The position numbers were made by a program, and so were the translations under genes. This document shows positions 1 to 13,456 of a stretch of DNA of 64,000 bases, one piece after another (positions within the stretch are counted from its first letter, which is position 1; the number at the start of each line of letters is the position of its first letter). Below the pieces are notes generated by a model. The model did not search any database, was not told the origin of the DNA, and saw only the letters and a list, made by a program, of their open reading frames with translations. Source of the DNA: Squalus acanthias (Eukaryota); NCBI GenBank assembly GCA_030390025.1, contig CM059432.1:83268001-83332000 (forward strand), in the 5' to 3' direction.

Positions 1-1377
1 AGCTGATTTGTAAAACTATACCCCAAAAATCTATCCCTTGGGGAACACCAGATCCAACTCTTTTACATCCTTGTATGTTAGGCAGCAACAAGACTTGCAA
101 GACAAATAAAGACCACGGTCCTCAATGTAAAAGCTCCTGTGCTCAGTTTAGTTTTCTGTGCTGCTTCAGTATTAAATATAATAGATATCTTTTAAAAAAT
201 TGTGCGCACTGTAATATTGCTGTTTAAAACTCTCCAGTATTCTACCTTCACATCACTGGGCCTTGTACAACTAATTGAAGAGTCAATTCTAGATATTTGA
301 GTGATTGACTGCCCATACTTAATTGAGACTTACTCTACCCACAGGTGATATTGAAGGAATCATGAATTTTTTTATATAAGTAGGTGTGTGATGAACTTTT
401 ACAAGTTGCATCACAGGTATGAAACTTAATACAACCAATTCAAGTACTCAGAATGGTTTCCCCCAGCACTAGCTATGGTGGAATCAGAAATTTGCTTACA
501 GTGAAGCCATTGATTGGCTCTGCAATATTCATCTTGCACTATGCAGAATACCAAGCAAGCAATAAGTCTCCATTCTCTGCACAGCACCAGTCAGTGGGCA
601 GAAACCAAGTACTACAGCATTACTTATTTGGGTAAAAAGGGACAGTCACACTCTGTCCAGTGACAAAATGAGATACCACTTACATTATAAGACAGTCCAG
701 TTCCTAAGCAGAATTTTCTTCTAATGGTATTGGGTAGAAATTGAGTTGCTGCTTAAAAAAAAAGCAGAGGAGAAAAAGCAGAAAAACTAATTATGAAACA
801 TGTCAGAACATACAAGGGGATAGTTCAGACAGCCAAGAGTAAATTTCTGCTTTTAGAGTTTACAGCACAGGCAAACACCATTTGTCTGTGCCGGTGTTAG
901 CTCTTCAACAGGAGCTGGTTGAAGAGCTGTAGCTCTTACCTGCCCTTTCCCCATATTTTTACATGCTTTCTTATTCACTCATTCAATTCCATAATAAATG
1001 ATGTTATAGTTGGTATCTTAATAGTCACTTGTAGTAAAGCATTCCACATTCTGACACCTTCTTCTTACAAATAAATATGAACCAATTACTATGAGGTTGG
1101 GATCAATATCTTGATCCTGGACTAACAATCCTTGTAAATAATTTTTGAACAAGTAAAATTAGAATAAAGTAATTTTAATGTAGCTGCATACATGGGAAAT
1201 CTTATCAAGGTGCAGTATAAGTGAGCTGGCAAAAAATGGGTTACTTCTGTGAGTTTTTCAAAATTTTAAGACTTGTGCTCTCACAGAACTACAATGCCAC
1301 TAGCCAGAACTATGTTAGTCAACCAGTGCATGCAAGTTAGTACTAATAATTAACTACAAGTTAACTGCTATTTTAGT

Positions 1378-1500
1378 AAACACTGATACAAAGTACTCAT
1401 TGAGTATTCTAGCCTTGCCCTGTGCCTCTAAGCATGTATCACCTTCTTTGTCCCTATTAGGCCCCACCCCGCCTCTTACTACCTGCTTACTGTTTACATG
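1378..1500 (-). mobile_element. CR1 LINE ORF2 fragment
   Basis: Minus translation ...VVRGGVGPNRDKEGDTCLEAQGKARILNEYFVSV resembles the CR1 EN-RT linker seen in other copies in the window. Confidence 0.7.
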
Positions 1501-2900
1501 CCGGTTAGCCTAACATCAGTAGTAGGGAAAATGCTAGAGTCTATTATAAAGGATGTGATAACAGGACACTTCGAAAATATCAATGGGATTAGATAAAGTC
1601 AACATGGATTTATGAAAGGGAAATCGTGTTTGACAAACCTACTGGAGTTTTTTGAGGATGTAACTGGTAGAATAGATAAGGGAGAACCAGTGGATGTGCT
1701 GTATTTGGATTTTCAGAAGGCCTTTGATAAAGTCCCACATAAGAGGTTAGTGTGCAAAATTAAAGCACATGGGATTGGGGGTAATATACTGGCATGGATT
1801 GAAAATTGGTTAACAGACAGGAAACAGAGAGTAGGAATAAATGGGACTTTTTCAGGGTGGCAGGCGGTGGCTAGTGGGGTACCGCAGGGATCAGTGCTTG
1901 GGCCCCAGCTATTCACAATATATATCAATGATTTGGATGAGGGAACCTAATGTAATATTTCCAAGTTTGCTGACGACACAAAACTAGGTGGGATTGTGAG
2001 TTGTGAGGAGGATGCAAAGAGGCTTCAAAGTGATTTAGACAAGTTGAGTGAGTGGGCAAATACATGGCAGATGCAGTATAACGTGGATAAATGTGAAGTT
2101 ATCCACTTCGGTAGGAAAAACAGAAAGGCAGAGTATTATTTAAATGGTGATAGATTGGGAAATGCTGATGTACAAAGGGACCTGGGTGTCCTTGTACACC
2201 AGTCACTGAAAGCAAACATGCAGGTGCAGCAAGCAGTTAGGAAGGCAAATGGTATGTTGGCCTTCATTGCAAGAGGATTTGAGTACAGGAGTAAGGATGT
2301 CTTACTACAGTTGTACAGGGCCTTGGTGAGACCACACCTGGAGTACTGTGTGCAGTTTTGGTCTCCTTACCTAAGAAAGGATATACTTGCCATAGAGGGA
2401 GTGCAGCGAAGGTTCACCAGACTGATTTCTGGGATGGCAGGACTGTCGTATGAGGAGAGATTGGGTCGACTAGGCCTGTATTCACTAGAGTTTAGAAGAA
2501 TGAGAGGGGATCTCATTGAAACGTATAAAATTATGACAGGGCTAGACAGACTGGATGCAGGGAGGATGTTTCCCCTGGCTGGGGGGGGGGTCTAGAACGA
2601 GGGGTCACAGTCTCAGGATACATGGTAGCACATTTAGGACTGAGATGAGGAGACATTTCTTCACTCAGAGGGTGGTGAACCTGTGGAATTCTCTACCACA
2701 GAGAGCTGTGGAGGCCAAGTCTCTGAATATATTTAAGAAGGAGATAGATAGATTTCTAGACACAAAAGGCATCAAGGGATATGGGGAGAGAGCAGGAATA
2801 TGGTATTGAGATAGATGATCAGCCATGATCATATTGAATGGCGGAGCAGGCTCGAAGGGCCGAATGGCCTACTCCTGCTCCTATTTTTCTATGTTTCTAT
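1501..2900 (+). mobile_element. 5'-truncated CR1 LINE (RT C-terminal half plus 3' UTR)
   Basis: ORFs 1612-1950, 1996-2595 and 2555-2809 contain [15 protein letters not shown] and HLEYCVQFW. Ends in a (ctatgttt)n-like tail. Confidence 0.93.
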
Positions 2901-2904
2901 TAAA

Positions 2905-5900
2905 CTGCCATTACCCATCCCCACCCCTCTGCTTCTCTCACTGAGCTGCTGAATTCTCTTCTGAAATTTGGTTTCCGAATTCCTGGACTTCTCTGGAGAT
3001 CAAGACTACGCTTCTGCACTGGACTACACTTGATTACACCAATACACTTCTGCACTGGATTTCACCATAAGACATTTGCTGTGTCTCTGATTCTGCTGCT
3101 AAAAAATGTTGAAGTAATCATTTGGTCATCTTCCCCCACTGGGCGACTCGTTCTACTGGTTTTTCAGCCTTGTTGGCTGCTGACGAGTGGTTTTACATTC
3201 CTCCGCCACTTATGATCTACGGTAACCTCCAACTTCGCCATCATCTTTCTGCACCGCAACTGATTCTCATTCCCACGGCAAGAACCTCCATCCTCAAATT
3301 CTCTACCCTTCTAATAGCTTCTGGATTTCACTTGCCCGCTACATCTGTCTCCGAACATGGACAACAGTTTTGTTGATGCTCCATGCTGATTCCATCCTAC
3401 CTACATCAACTTTATCCCTCCACGGGACCTCTGACTTTTACTCTGGACTCCCTCCTATTGTTTTCCAATAATTGGTACATAACCAGGCCTATGTAACTTG
3501 AGTTTTTCCGTGTGTCCATTCGTGTGCGCATTTTGGCTGCCACTCCAGACTTGAGCCAATCACTTCTATTTCCACTTTTTTCTCCCCCTTTTTTCCCTCT
3601 CTATCCCGCCCTGACTGCTCTCTCCTGTCATCATGCCTCCTTTCATCTCTCCTCTCTCGGATACTCTGCCCTCCCAAATCCCTACCCCAATCCTTCATTA
3701 CTCTTCAACCTTCCTACTCTCCTGCCGTCGTCCCAGGCTTGACTCCCTCTTAGATAAGCCTACAGCTTCCCTCTGTGCCTCTCGGCATCCTCTGAAGGGC
3801 CCATCAAGGCACTCGTCACTGCCTCCTCATGGGCAGTAACTCCAACTGTCCCATCCCACTCTCTTGCCGACCTTCTCGCCCAACTCGCCTGCTGGGGGCT
3901 AATCTTGCCAATCACCTCCCCGTCCAACTTATCCCCCAGCGCTGATCCTGTGAACGCTGGCAATGGATCAGCCATCACCTCCCCTCTCCGCATCTCTCTC
4001 CAGAATCTCCGTTCACTTCTGAACAAGGCCCTTGCCATCCATGAGCTTATCGTGGATGATTGCATCGACATCATAGCCCTAACGGAAACTTGATTGAGGG
4101 GTGATGACCCCTTACCCCTAAATGAAGCCTCACCGCCTGGCTACACCTTCCACCACTTGCCCCGCTCAGACCGTTGTGGTGGCTCTCCTCCGGCACTTCA
4201 TCCTCCTTTGAGCATCTCACCTGGTTCCACCCATCTCACCTCTGATTTAAAATTCTCGTTCTCTACCGCCCACCCAAGTACCATAAAAATGTTATCACCG
4301 AGATATCTTCACTGCTTTCCTCCCTCAGCCTCTGCACCGAGCGACTTCTCATCCTCTGTGATTTCAACCTCCATCTCAATTCATCATGCTCTCTCTCCCC
4401 TGAGTTCACTACCCTCCTATCCTCCCTTAATCTCTCCAACCCATATTCACGGCCACCCCTCAATTTTGCCATCTCTCGTGACCTCGCTACTCCCATCGTG
4501 TCAATCGCAGACAAGGCCATCTCTGATCACTTCCTCGTATTGCTTTCCACCCACATCCTCCTTCCCCACCACCAACCCTACTTCCTTCTGTGTCCGCCCC
4601 TGAAAAAAACTCTCCCAACTCTCTTACTACTGCACTTACGAAATCCCAACTGTCCAGCCTTTGGCCCTCCATTCACCACGACATTTCAGCAGCTACCGAT
4701 CTGCTCAACCACACCCTTACCACTACCTTTGATGCCCTCGTCCCTATTAAAACAATTACTCTCTCTCACTCTGACCATTCCCCCTGGTACGGCCCTCATC
4801 TTTGCTCACTTAAGTCCAAGGGATACAGACTTGAACGGATTTGGCGGACAACTGGTTTAGCCATTCACCACCAGATCTGGCTGGACCACATAAAGCATTA
4901 TCTGGTCCTGCTCTCGTCTGCCAAAACTGCTCACTATTCCAGGATCATTCTGGAATGCAAAGACAACCCCGGCTCCTATTCTCTACTGCTAACCCCTCTC
5001 CCCTGTCTCCTCCACACTCCCCTCCAACAAGTGTGAGGAGCTCATGGACTTCTTTGTCTCTAAGATTGAGACCATCCGATTAGCTGCCTCTGCCACTTCC
5101 CTTCCTTCCCCTAGCCCAAAATTCCTCTAAGGTTCCCCCGTGCCCTAGCCCTGAACTCGCATCTTTCTCCAGTTCCTCTCCGATCTCCCCTCATGACCTC
5201 TCTGCACTCACCTTGTCCATAAGACCCACCTCCTGCTCCCTCGACCCTATTCCCACTGAACTACTGACCACCCAACGTCCTTTACTGGCTCCCATGTTAG
5301 CTGACATTGTTAATGGTTCGCTCTCCTCAGGTACTGATCCCCCTCCTTCAAATCTGCCGTCATCACCCCTCTCCTCAAAAAAACAACCCTTGACCCCTCC
5401 GTCCTTGCAAACTACCGCCCCATCTCCAACCTCCCTTTCCTTTCTAAAGTCCTCAAACATGTTGTCGTCTCCATAATCCATGCCCATCTCTCCCGGAACT
5501 CCATGTTTGAATCCCTCCAATCAGGTTTCCACTCAGCTACAGTACCGAAACGGCTCTCATCAAAGTCACAAATGTGACTGTGACAAAGGTAAACTATCCC
5601 TCCTCATCCTTCTCGACCTGTCTGCAGCCTTTGACACGGTTGACCACTCCATCCTCCTCTCCACCGCCATCCAGCTGGGTGGGACTACACTGGCCTGGTT
5701 CCATTCTTATCTATCTAATCATAGCCAGAGAATCACCTGAAATGGCTTCTCTTCCCGCTCCCGCATCGTTACCTTTGGTGTTCCCCAAGGATCTATGCTT
5801 GGCCTCCTCCTATTTCTCATCTACATGATGCCCCTCAGCGACATCATCCAAAAACACAGGGTCAGTTTCCACATGGACGTTGATGACACCCAGCTCTACC

Positions 5901-6835
5901 TCACCACCTCTTCTCTCGACCCCTCCACGGTCTCTAAATTGTCAGACTGCTTGTCCAACATCTAGTACTGGATGAGCAGAAATTTCTTCCAATTAAATAT
6001 TGGGACGACCAAAGCCATTGTCTTCAGTCCCCGCCACAAACATTGTTCCCTAGCCACTGACTCCATCCCTCTCCCTAGCATCTGTCTGAGGCTGAGCCAG
6101 ACTGTTCGCAACCTTGGTGTCATATTTGACCCTGAAATGAGCTAAGATTGCCTATTTCCACCTTTGTAACATCACCCATCTCCGCCCCTGCCTCAGGTCA
6201 TCTGCTGCTGAAACTCTCATACATGCCTTTGTTACCTCTAGACTTGACTATTCCAATGCACTCCTGGCTGGCCTCCCACATTCTACCCTACGTAAACTTG
6301 AGGTCATCCAAAACTCTGCTGCCCGTGTCCTAACTCGCACCAAGTCCCGTTCATCCATCACTCCTGTGCTCGCTGACCTACATTGGCTCCCGGTTAATCA
6401 ACGCCTCGATTTTAAAATTCTCATCCTTGTTTTCAAATCCCTACATGGCCTCACCCCTCCCTATCTCTGTAATCTCCTCCAGCTCTACAACACCCACCCC
6501 GCCCCCCACCGAGATATCTGCGCTCCTCTAATTCTGGTCTCTTGAGCATCTCTGATTTTAATCATTCCACCATTGGTGGCTGTGCCTTCAGCTGCCTAGG
6601 CCCTACACTTTGGAATTCCCTCCCTAAACCTCTCCGTCTCTCTACCTCTCTTTCCTCCTTTAAGACAGCTCCTTAAAACCTACCTCTTTGACCAAGCTTT
6701 TGGTCACCTGCCCTAATTTCTCCTTATGTGGCTCGGTGTCAAATTTTTATTTTTTGTCTTGTAACACTCCTGTGAAGTGTCTTGGGACATTTTACTACGT
6801 TAAAGGACCTATATAAATACCAGTTGTTGTTGCTG
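2905..6835 (+). mobile_element. L2-clade LINE, long and degenerate (EN + RT, frameshifted); 5' boundary approximate
   Basis: LQNLRSLLNK...IIALTET (EN), SCSLDPIPT and [13 protein letters not shown] (L2-type RT). Ends atataaataccagttgttgttg. Confidence 0.88.
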
Positions 6836-8091
6836 AAGTGGTTGTTGATAATCCACATTCATAAAAAAGTGAAAGTGAGTCAGGATAAATAAGACAAGGT
6901 AAAGACATTACAAGTAACAGTTCCATACCATGGGCTATGTCCTGTTCTAGATCCAGCTCATCTAAGACAGCTGTGTGCTCTCCTTCAAACCATTTTATTT
7001 AGTCAGCTAGGTATCTGACACACATGGAAACCCTTCACCTTGCTTAAAAGTCTACGAACCAAGCTACTGAGAAAATCACAAGGGTGGAGTTTTGTTTTTC
7101 TGATATGAAGTGCACACGCACTACCCATAGAGACACACTCCACTTAGCCAAGTCCAGACAGCTTAACCACAGGTTAGTATCAGCCAAGGCTTAGGAACTA
7201 CCAAGTGTACATAGAAGTACTGTCAGAGTTTAACTGCATAGCTTACCAGCACTGAGTGTTTAGAAACTTCCGGATGTGATGACCCTATCGGTTAGGGCAT
7301 TGGCTTGGTTTATGTGTAACTGAGTGGGAAGAAGGCTAGTCCCCAATGACTGGTCTACTCCTGCAGATCGCATTAATGAGTAAGGCCGACTGGGCAATCA
7401 CCAACAGTTCCCTGGTGTACTCTGGATCTGTCTGGCTCAGGTATCGGATTACCGAGTCTGCCGCAGTTGACTTGAATCCCATCTTTCATTGGCAGGCATG
7501 TCAGCCCAGCTCCAAAGCGACCCCACTTATCTCCCCCCTTCAACTGGTGACTTCTGGAGTGGGTCATTAGACAACTAACAAGTATGGGTTTGAGGCCTCA
7601 CTACGCAGACTCCAGACCAGGAACTCCAAACAACTCCTCGCAAGCTCACCATACCGATGTCCCTTCATATCTATAAACCATGGGACTCAGCAATTGACAT
7701 ATAGTTAAAATGTTTTTATATTACCACTCATTTAGTTTAGATTCCAGGAGACCAGCGACAATGAACTAGATCTTTGCGTTTCCTAAATCTGACTTCCTTA
7801 TCTTGGCAGCATAAGGCTGGTTTTTTATGGACACTTTAAAGGGGCATTGCTGCTGTGCTGGCCAAAGGGAAAGAAAGTGAGCTTTTGTCATGGGAGCAGC
7901 AGGATCTTTTCTGCCCATTGTGTTCTTCCCTAGAGCAGGTCCTAATTCAAGTCTCACATATAAGATTCTTGAGCCACTTACTAGGGAAGAGTAGCTCAGG
8001 TGGTTTCCCGTTACTTACCTCACGTTTTTTATTGTCGGAGTGTCCTCTCCTAGGTTGGGTGCAACCAAGGCAAAAGAGCCCCATCTTTAAG

Positions 8092-8560
8092 ATAACAACA
8101 GAAAACGCTGGAAAAACTCAGCAGGCCAGGCAGCATCCGTGGAGAGAGAAACAGAGTTAACGTTTCAGGTCGAAGACCCTTCGTCAGAACTAGATAAAGC
8201 AGGAAATGAAATAGATTTAAAGCAAGAATAAAGCTGGGAAAAGGGGGAGGGGATGAAAGAACAAAAGGAGAGATTAAGAGACATTGAGAGACATTAAGAG
8301 ATGATCAAGGCAAGAGGAGGTGTTGATGTAACAGGTTGAGGCTAAATGAAGTGTGAAATGCACTGGCAGAATGAAGGACAGCTGCCAGCTTCTAGGAGGA
8401 AAAAAAAAAGGGGGGGGGCCAAACAAAAGGGTGGATGAAAAAATAAAATATAATTGTGATAGGGGCTGAGATTATGATCTAAAATTGTTGAACTCGATAT
8501 TGAGTCCACAGGGCTGTAGGGTGCCTAAACAAAAGATGAGGTGCTGTTCCTCGAGCTTTA
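8092..8560 (-). mobile_element. Penelope-like element 3' fragment (GIY-YIG C-terminus plus terminal region)
   Basis: Minus 8558-8476 encodes KLEEQHLIFCLGTLQPCGLNIEFNNFR, a typical PLE ORF end. It is followed by the PLE terminal motif ctgacgaagggtcttcgacctgaaacgttaactc...gatgctgcctggcctgctgag. Confidence 0.85.
8155..8191 (-). ncRNA. Minimal type I hammerhead ribozyme motif (PLE-associated)
   Basis: AGUU-CUGACGA-A-GGGUC(UUC)GACCU-GAA-ACGU-U-AACU: stem I AGUU/AACU, catalytic core, stem II, palindromic stem III. Confidence 0.75.
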
Positions 8561-8970
8561 AGATGTTAGGGTCACTTGCACTCATCGAACATAAGTATCC
8601 CTGCTGGACATTAACCCAATACTGAGCGCTCTGATCTCAGCTCGCCAAGGCTGTCTGGAGTGGGGGCCAGAAGCGGGAATACTGCCATGGAGCCAGGGTC
8701 ACTCCCTCCTGCTGGATGTCAGCCCAGTATTCAGAGACAAATTTTAATCTGCACTTACCGAGGCTGTCTAGAGTGGAGTCGTGCTCAAACCCTTCATCTT
8801 CTGACATGGTGGAATGCAATCAGTAAGCCAAAGGTTCACTCAGGATGCTCTTTTATGGATGGGAATTTTATTAGATCAAGTACATTAGATTTAGCTCTAG
8901 TATTGTGCAATGAGACAAGGTTAATTAATAACCTTGCAGTAAAGGAGCTCTGGAGAGCAGTGATCATAAT

Positions 8971-9734
8971 GGCCTGAAAATTAGACCTAATACGCGAGAG
9001 TACGCACTGTGTACTCTCGCGTTTTAGGTCTCCAATTGCCGGTTTCCTGCATGCACTGCGCATGCGCGGGAAACCGGCACTTCGTGAATTCAAAAGGGGG
9101 CGGTTCCTAAGTGAACCGCGTGCGTGCTACGGGCTGCGCGCACGCAGTGCACTTAGTTATTTTTGCAGCTTTGAACGCGCAGGTAAGCATGGAAGATTTT
9201 ACACATGAAGAAAGGAGGCGTAAGACCCTCTTTTAACAAGGTAAGTAGTTAATTAAGTATTATTTTAAATTTTTTTCAACAGGTTTATCTTTTTTAGAGA
9301 CTTTAAAGAAAGGTAAGTTTATTTTTATAACTTTTAAAAAGATTTTAAATTTTTTCAAAAATTTAATTTTTTGTTTAAAGTGGTTAATTTATTTAACTAT
9401 ACTTATTTTATTAATGTGATGGCTTTTTTTAAAATTTAATTGAGGTTTAGCTGTTCTTTTGGGGGTGTATAGTATTCATAGCTTTGACAGCTCTTGCTGT
9501 GAAAACTATGAATGAAAGATGGTGTGCTGCCATTGGCTCTAACTGAATCACGTGATCCCAGAGCTCGCACGAACTAATTGCGTCTCTGGGTCATGCAAGC
9601 ACTGCACAGCTGCATGTGGGACTGGCCTTGAAACTAAAGTTCGTGTGGGCCCGGAGGAAAAAGGTAGGCGCGGAGTGAGATATCGCGGGGAAGCCTTACC
9701 CCCACGCGAACACTCACTGTTTAATTTCTGGGCC
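8971..9734. mobile_element. Non-autonomous Harbinger/PIF-like MITE (764 bp)
   Basis: Imperfect TIRs ggcctgaaaatt / aatttctgggcc. 3-bp TSD AAT confirmed by the interrupted CR1 (gatcatAAT|...|AATatgatag). Subterminal hairpins and AT-rich core. Confidence 0.8.
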
Positions 9735-10288
9735 AATATGATAGAATTTTATATTTAGTTTGAGAGTGATTTAGTTAAGTCCGAAACTAGGGTCTTAAAT
9801 CTGAACAAAGCAAATTACGTAGGCACGAGAGGTAAGTTGGGCTAAGGTATGTTGGGAAACTCGATTCAAAGATATGATGGTAGATAAGCAATGGCAAACA
9901 TTTAAATAAGTAATTCATAATTCGCAATGAATATATATTCCCTTAAGGAAAAAAAAACCCACGCGAATAATGGTCCAACTATGGCTAACAAGAGAAGTTA
10001 AAGATCGTATTAGATTAAAGGAAGAGACTTATAATGTTGCCAAAAAGAGTAGTAAGCCTGAGGATTGGAAAGATTTTAGAATTCAGCAAAGGATGACCAA
10101 GAAATTGATAAAGAGAGAGAAAATAGAATGAAAGTAAACTAGGAGAGAGACATAAAAACAGACTGTAAAAGCTTCTATAGGTATGTAAAAAGGAAGAGAT
10201 TAGCGAAAATAAACATGGGCCCCTTACAAGCAGAGACAGGAGACATTATAATGGGGAATAAGGAAATGGCAGAGACATTAAACAAATG

Positions 10289-12035
10289 ACATTAACTGCC
10301 CTCTGAAATGGCCTAGCAAGCCACTCAGTTGTAACAAACCGCTACGAACACAATAATAAGAATGAAACTGGACGGACCACCCGGCATCGACCTCAGCACC
10401 AGCTATGGACACGACAACGGCACACCCAGCCCAGTCTACTCGGCAAAGTCCTCCTCACCAACATCTGGGGCCTTGTGCCAAAATTGGGAGAGCTGTCCCA
10501 CAGACTAGTCAAGCAACAGCCTGACATAGTCATACTCACAGAATCATTCCCTTCAGCCAATGTCCCAAACTCCTCCATCACCATTATTGAGTATGTCCTG
10601 TCCAACGGCAGGCCAGACTCACCAGGGGTGGTGGCACAGTGGTATACAGTCGGGAAGGAGTGGCCCTGGGAGTCCTCAACATTGACTCTGGACCCCATGA
10701 AGTCTCATGGCTTCGGGTCAAGCATGGGCAAGGAAACCTCCTGCTGATTACCACCTACCGCCCTCCCTCAGCTGATGAATCAGTACTCCTCCATGTTGAA
10801 CACCACTTGGAAGAAGCACTGAGAGTAGCAAGGGCACAGAATGTACTCTGGGTGGGGGACTTCAATGTTCATCACCAAGAGTGGCTCGGTAGCACCACTA
10901 CTGACCGAGCTGGCCGAGTCCTGAAGGACATAACTGCCAGTCTGGGCCTGCGACAGGTGGTGAGGCAACCAACACGATGGAAAAACTTACTTGATCTCGT
11001 CCTCATCAATCTACCTGTTGCAGATGCATCTGTCCATGACAGTATTGGTAGCAGTGATCACCGCATAGTCATTGTGGAGACGAAGTCCTGTCTTCACACT
11101 GAGGACACCCTCCATCGTGTTGTGTGGCAGGAAAACTGGGCATCCATGTGTTTAGCGCCATTCACAACTCCTCAGATAATGAAGCAGTCCATGCCCGCAT
11201 GCAACAAGACCTGGACAACGGTCAGGCTTGGGCTGATAAGTGTCAGGTAACATTCGCGCCACAGAAGTGCCAGGCAATGACTATCTCCAACAAGTGAGAG
11301 TCTAACCACCACCCCTTGACATTCAACGGCATTACCATCGCCAAACCCCCCACCATCAACATCCTGGAGGTCACCATTGACCAGAAACTTAACTGGACCA
11401 GCCACATAAATACTGTGGCAACAAGAGCAGGTCAGAGGCTAGGTATTCTGTGGCGAGTGTCTCACCTCCTGACTCCCCAAAGCCTTTCCACCATCTACAA
11501 GGCACAAGTAAGGAATGTGATGGAATACTCTCCACTTACCTGGATGAGTGCAGCTCCAACAACACTCAAGAAGCTCGACACCATCCAGGACAAAGCAGCC
11601 CGCTTGATTGGCACCCCATCCACCACCTTAAACATCCACTCCCTCTACCACCGGCGTACTGTGGCTGCAGTGTGTACCATCTACAAGATGCACTGCAGCA
11701 ACTCACCAAGGCTGCTTCGGCAGCATCACCCAAACCCGCGACCTCTTCCACCTCGAAGGACAAGGGCAGCAGGTGCATGGGAACACCACCACCTCCAAGT
11801 TCCCCTCCAAGTCACACACCATCCTGACTTAGAAGTATATCACCGATCCTTCATTGTCGATGGGTCAAAATCCTGGAACTCCCTGCCTAACAGCATTGTG
11901 GGAGTACCTTCACCACATGGACTGCAGTGGTTCAAGAAGGCAGCTCACCACCACCTTCTCAAGGGCAATTAGGGATGGGCAATAAATGCTGGCCTTGCCA
12001 GCGATGCCCACATCCCATAAATGAATTAAAAAAAA
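10289..12035 (+). mobile_element. CR1-group (Zenon-like) LINE with internal deletion joining EN to the 3' part of ORF2
   Basis: EN motifs PDIVILTES, YRPPS, VGDFN and SDH; later YKAQVRNVMEYSPLTW; poly-A tail. Clade name is tentative. Confidence 0.8.
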
Positions 12036-13248
12036 TACTTTGGCTGGAATTGTATCTTTCTTCATGGAAGATACAAAAAAATTCCTGAAATCATGGGGAA
12101 CCAAGGGTCTAGTGAGAATGAGGAACTTAAAGAAATTACTATTAATAATGAACTAGTACTGGAGAAATTAATGGGACTAAAAGCCAACAAATCCCCTGGA
12201 CCTGATGGCCTGCATCCAAGGGTTTTAAAAGAGGTGGCTACGGAGATAGTGGATGCATTGGTTTTTATCTTCCAGAATTCCCGAGATTCTAGAACTGTCT
12301 CCGCGGATTAGAAGGTAGCAAATGTAACCCCGCTATTCAAGAAAAAAAGGAGAGAAAACGGGGAACTTTCAACCAGTTCGCCTGACATCGGTAGTAGGGA
12401 AAATGCTAGAATCTATTATTAGGGACGTGGTAACAGGGCACTTAGAAAATCAAAATACGATTGGGCAGTCAACACAGATTTATGAATGGGAAATCGTGTT
12501 TGGCAAATTTCATAGGGTTTTTTGAGGTTGTAACTAGCAGGGCAGATAAAGGGGAACCAGTGGATGTAGTGTATTTGGATTTTCAGAAAGCATTTGATAA
12601 GGTGCCACACAAGAGGTTATTACACAAAATTAGGGCTCATGGGATTGGGGGTAATATATCAGCATGGAATGAGGATTGGTTAATGGACAGAAAACAAAGA
12701 GTAGGAATAAACGGGTCATTTTCGGGTTTGCAGGCTGTAACTAGAGGAGTACTGCAAGGATCAGTGCTTGGCCCTCAGCTATTTACAATCTATAGCAATG
12801 ACTTAGATGAGGGGACCGAGTGTAATGTATCCAAGTTTGTTGACAATACAAAACTAGGTGGGAAAGTAAGTTGTGAGTAAGAATGCAAAGAGGCTGCAAA
12901 GGGATATAGACAGGTTAAGTGAGCAGGCAAGAACATGGCAGATGGAATATAATGTGGAGAAATGTGAAGTTATCCACTTTGGTAGAAAAAATAGAAAAGC
13001 AGAGTATTTTTTAAATGGTGAGAGACTGGGAAATGTTGGTGTTCAGAGGGACCTGGCTGTCCTTGTATACGAATCAGAGAGTTAACATGCAGGTACAGCA
13101 AGCACTTATGAAAGCAAATGGTATGTTAGCCTTTATTACAAAAGGATTGGAGTATAAGAGTAAAGAAGTCTGACAGCAATTATATAGGGCCTTGGTGAGA
13201 CCACACCTGGAGGACTTTGTACAGTTTTGGTCTCCTTATCTAAGGAAG

Positions 13249-13456
13249 CCATGATGTGGAGATGCCGGTGTTGGACTGGGGTGGACAAATGTGAGAAGTT
13301 GCACAACACCAGGTTATAGTCCAACAGTTTTATTTGAAATCACAAGCTTTCGGAGCGCTGCTCCTTCGTCAAGTGACGAAGGAGCAGCGCTCCGAAAGCT
13401 TGTGATTTCAAATAAAACTGTTGGACTATAACCTGGTGTTGTGCGACTTCTCACAT
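13249..13456. mobile_element. Penelope terminal fragment forming a fold-back palindrome, flanked by an 11-13 bp TSD
   Basis: TSD (tt)atctaaggaag at 13236-13248 and 13457-13469. Inverted arms 13287-13371 and 13374-13458. Homologous to 22425-22517. Confidence 0.85.

Noticed and set aside
1378..1510. Twin-priming 5' inversion of the CR1 at 1501-2900
   Set aside because: The inverted piece looks like a different, non-contiguous CR1 fragment and no shared TSD is visible.
7276..7958. Possible solo LTR (tgtgatgac...gtctcaca)
   Set aside because: No matching TSD, PBS or second copy.
8971..9200. CpG-rich patch with NRF1-like motif as a gene promoter
   Set aside because: It lies inside a TSD-flanked MITE and no first exon is nearby.
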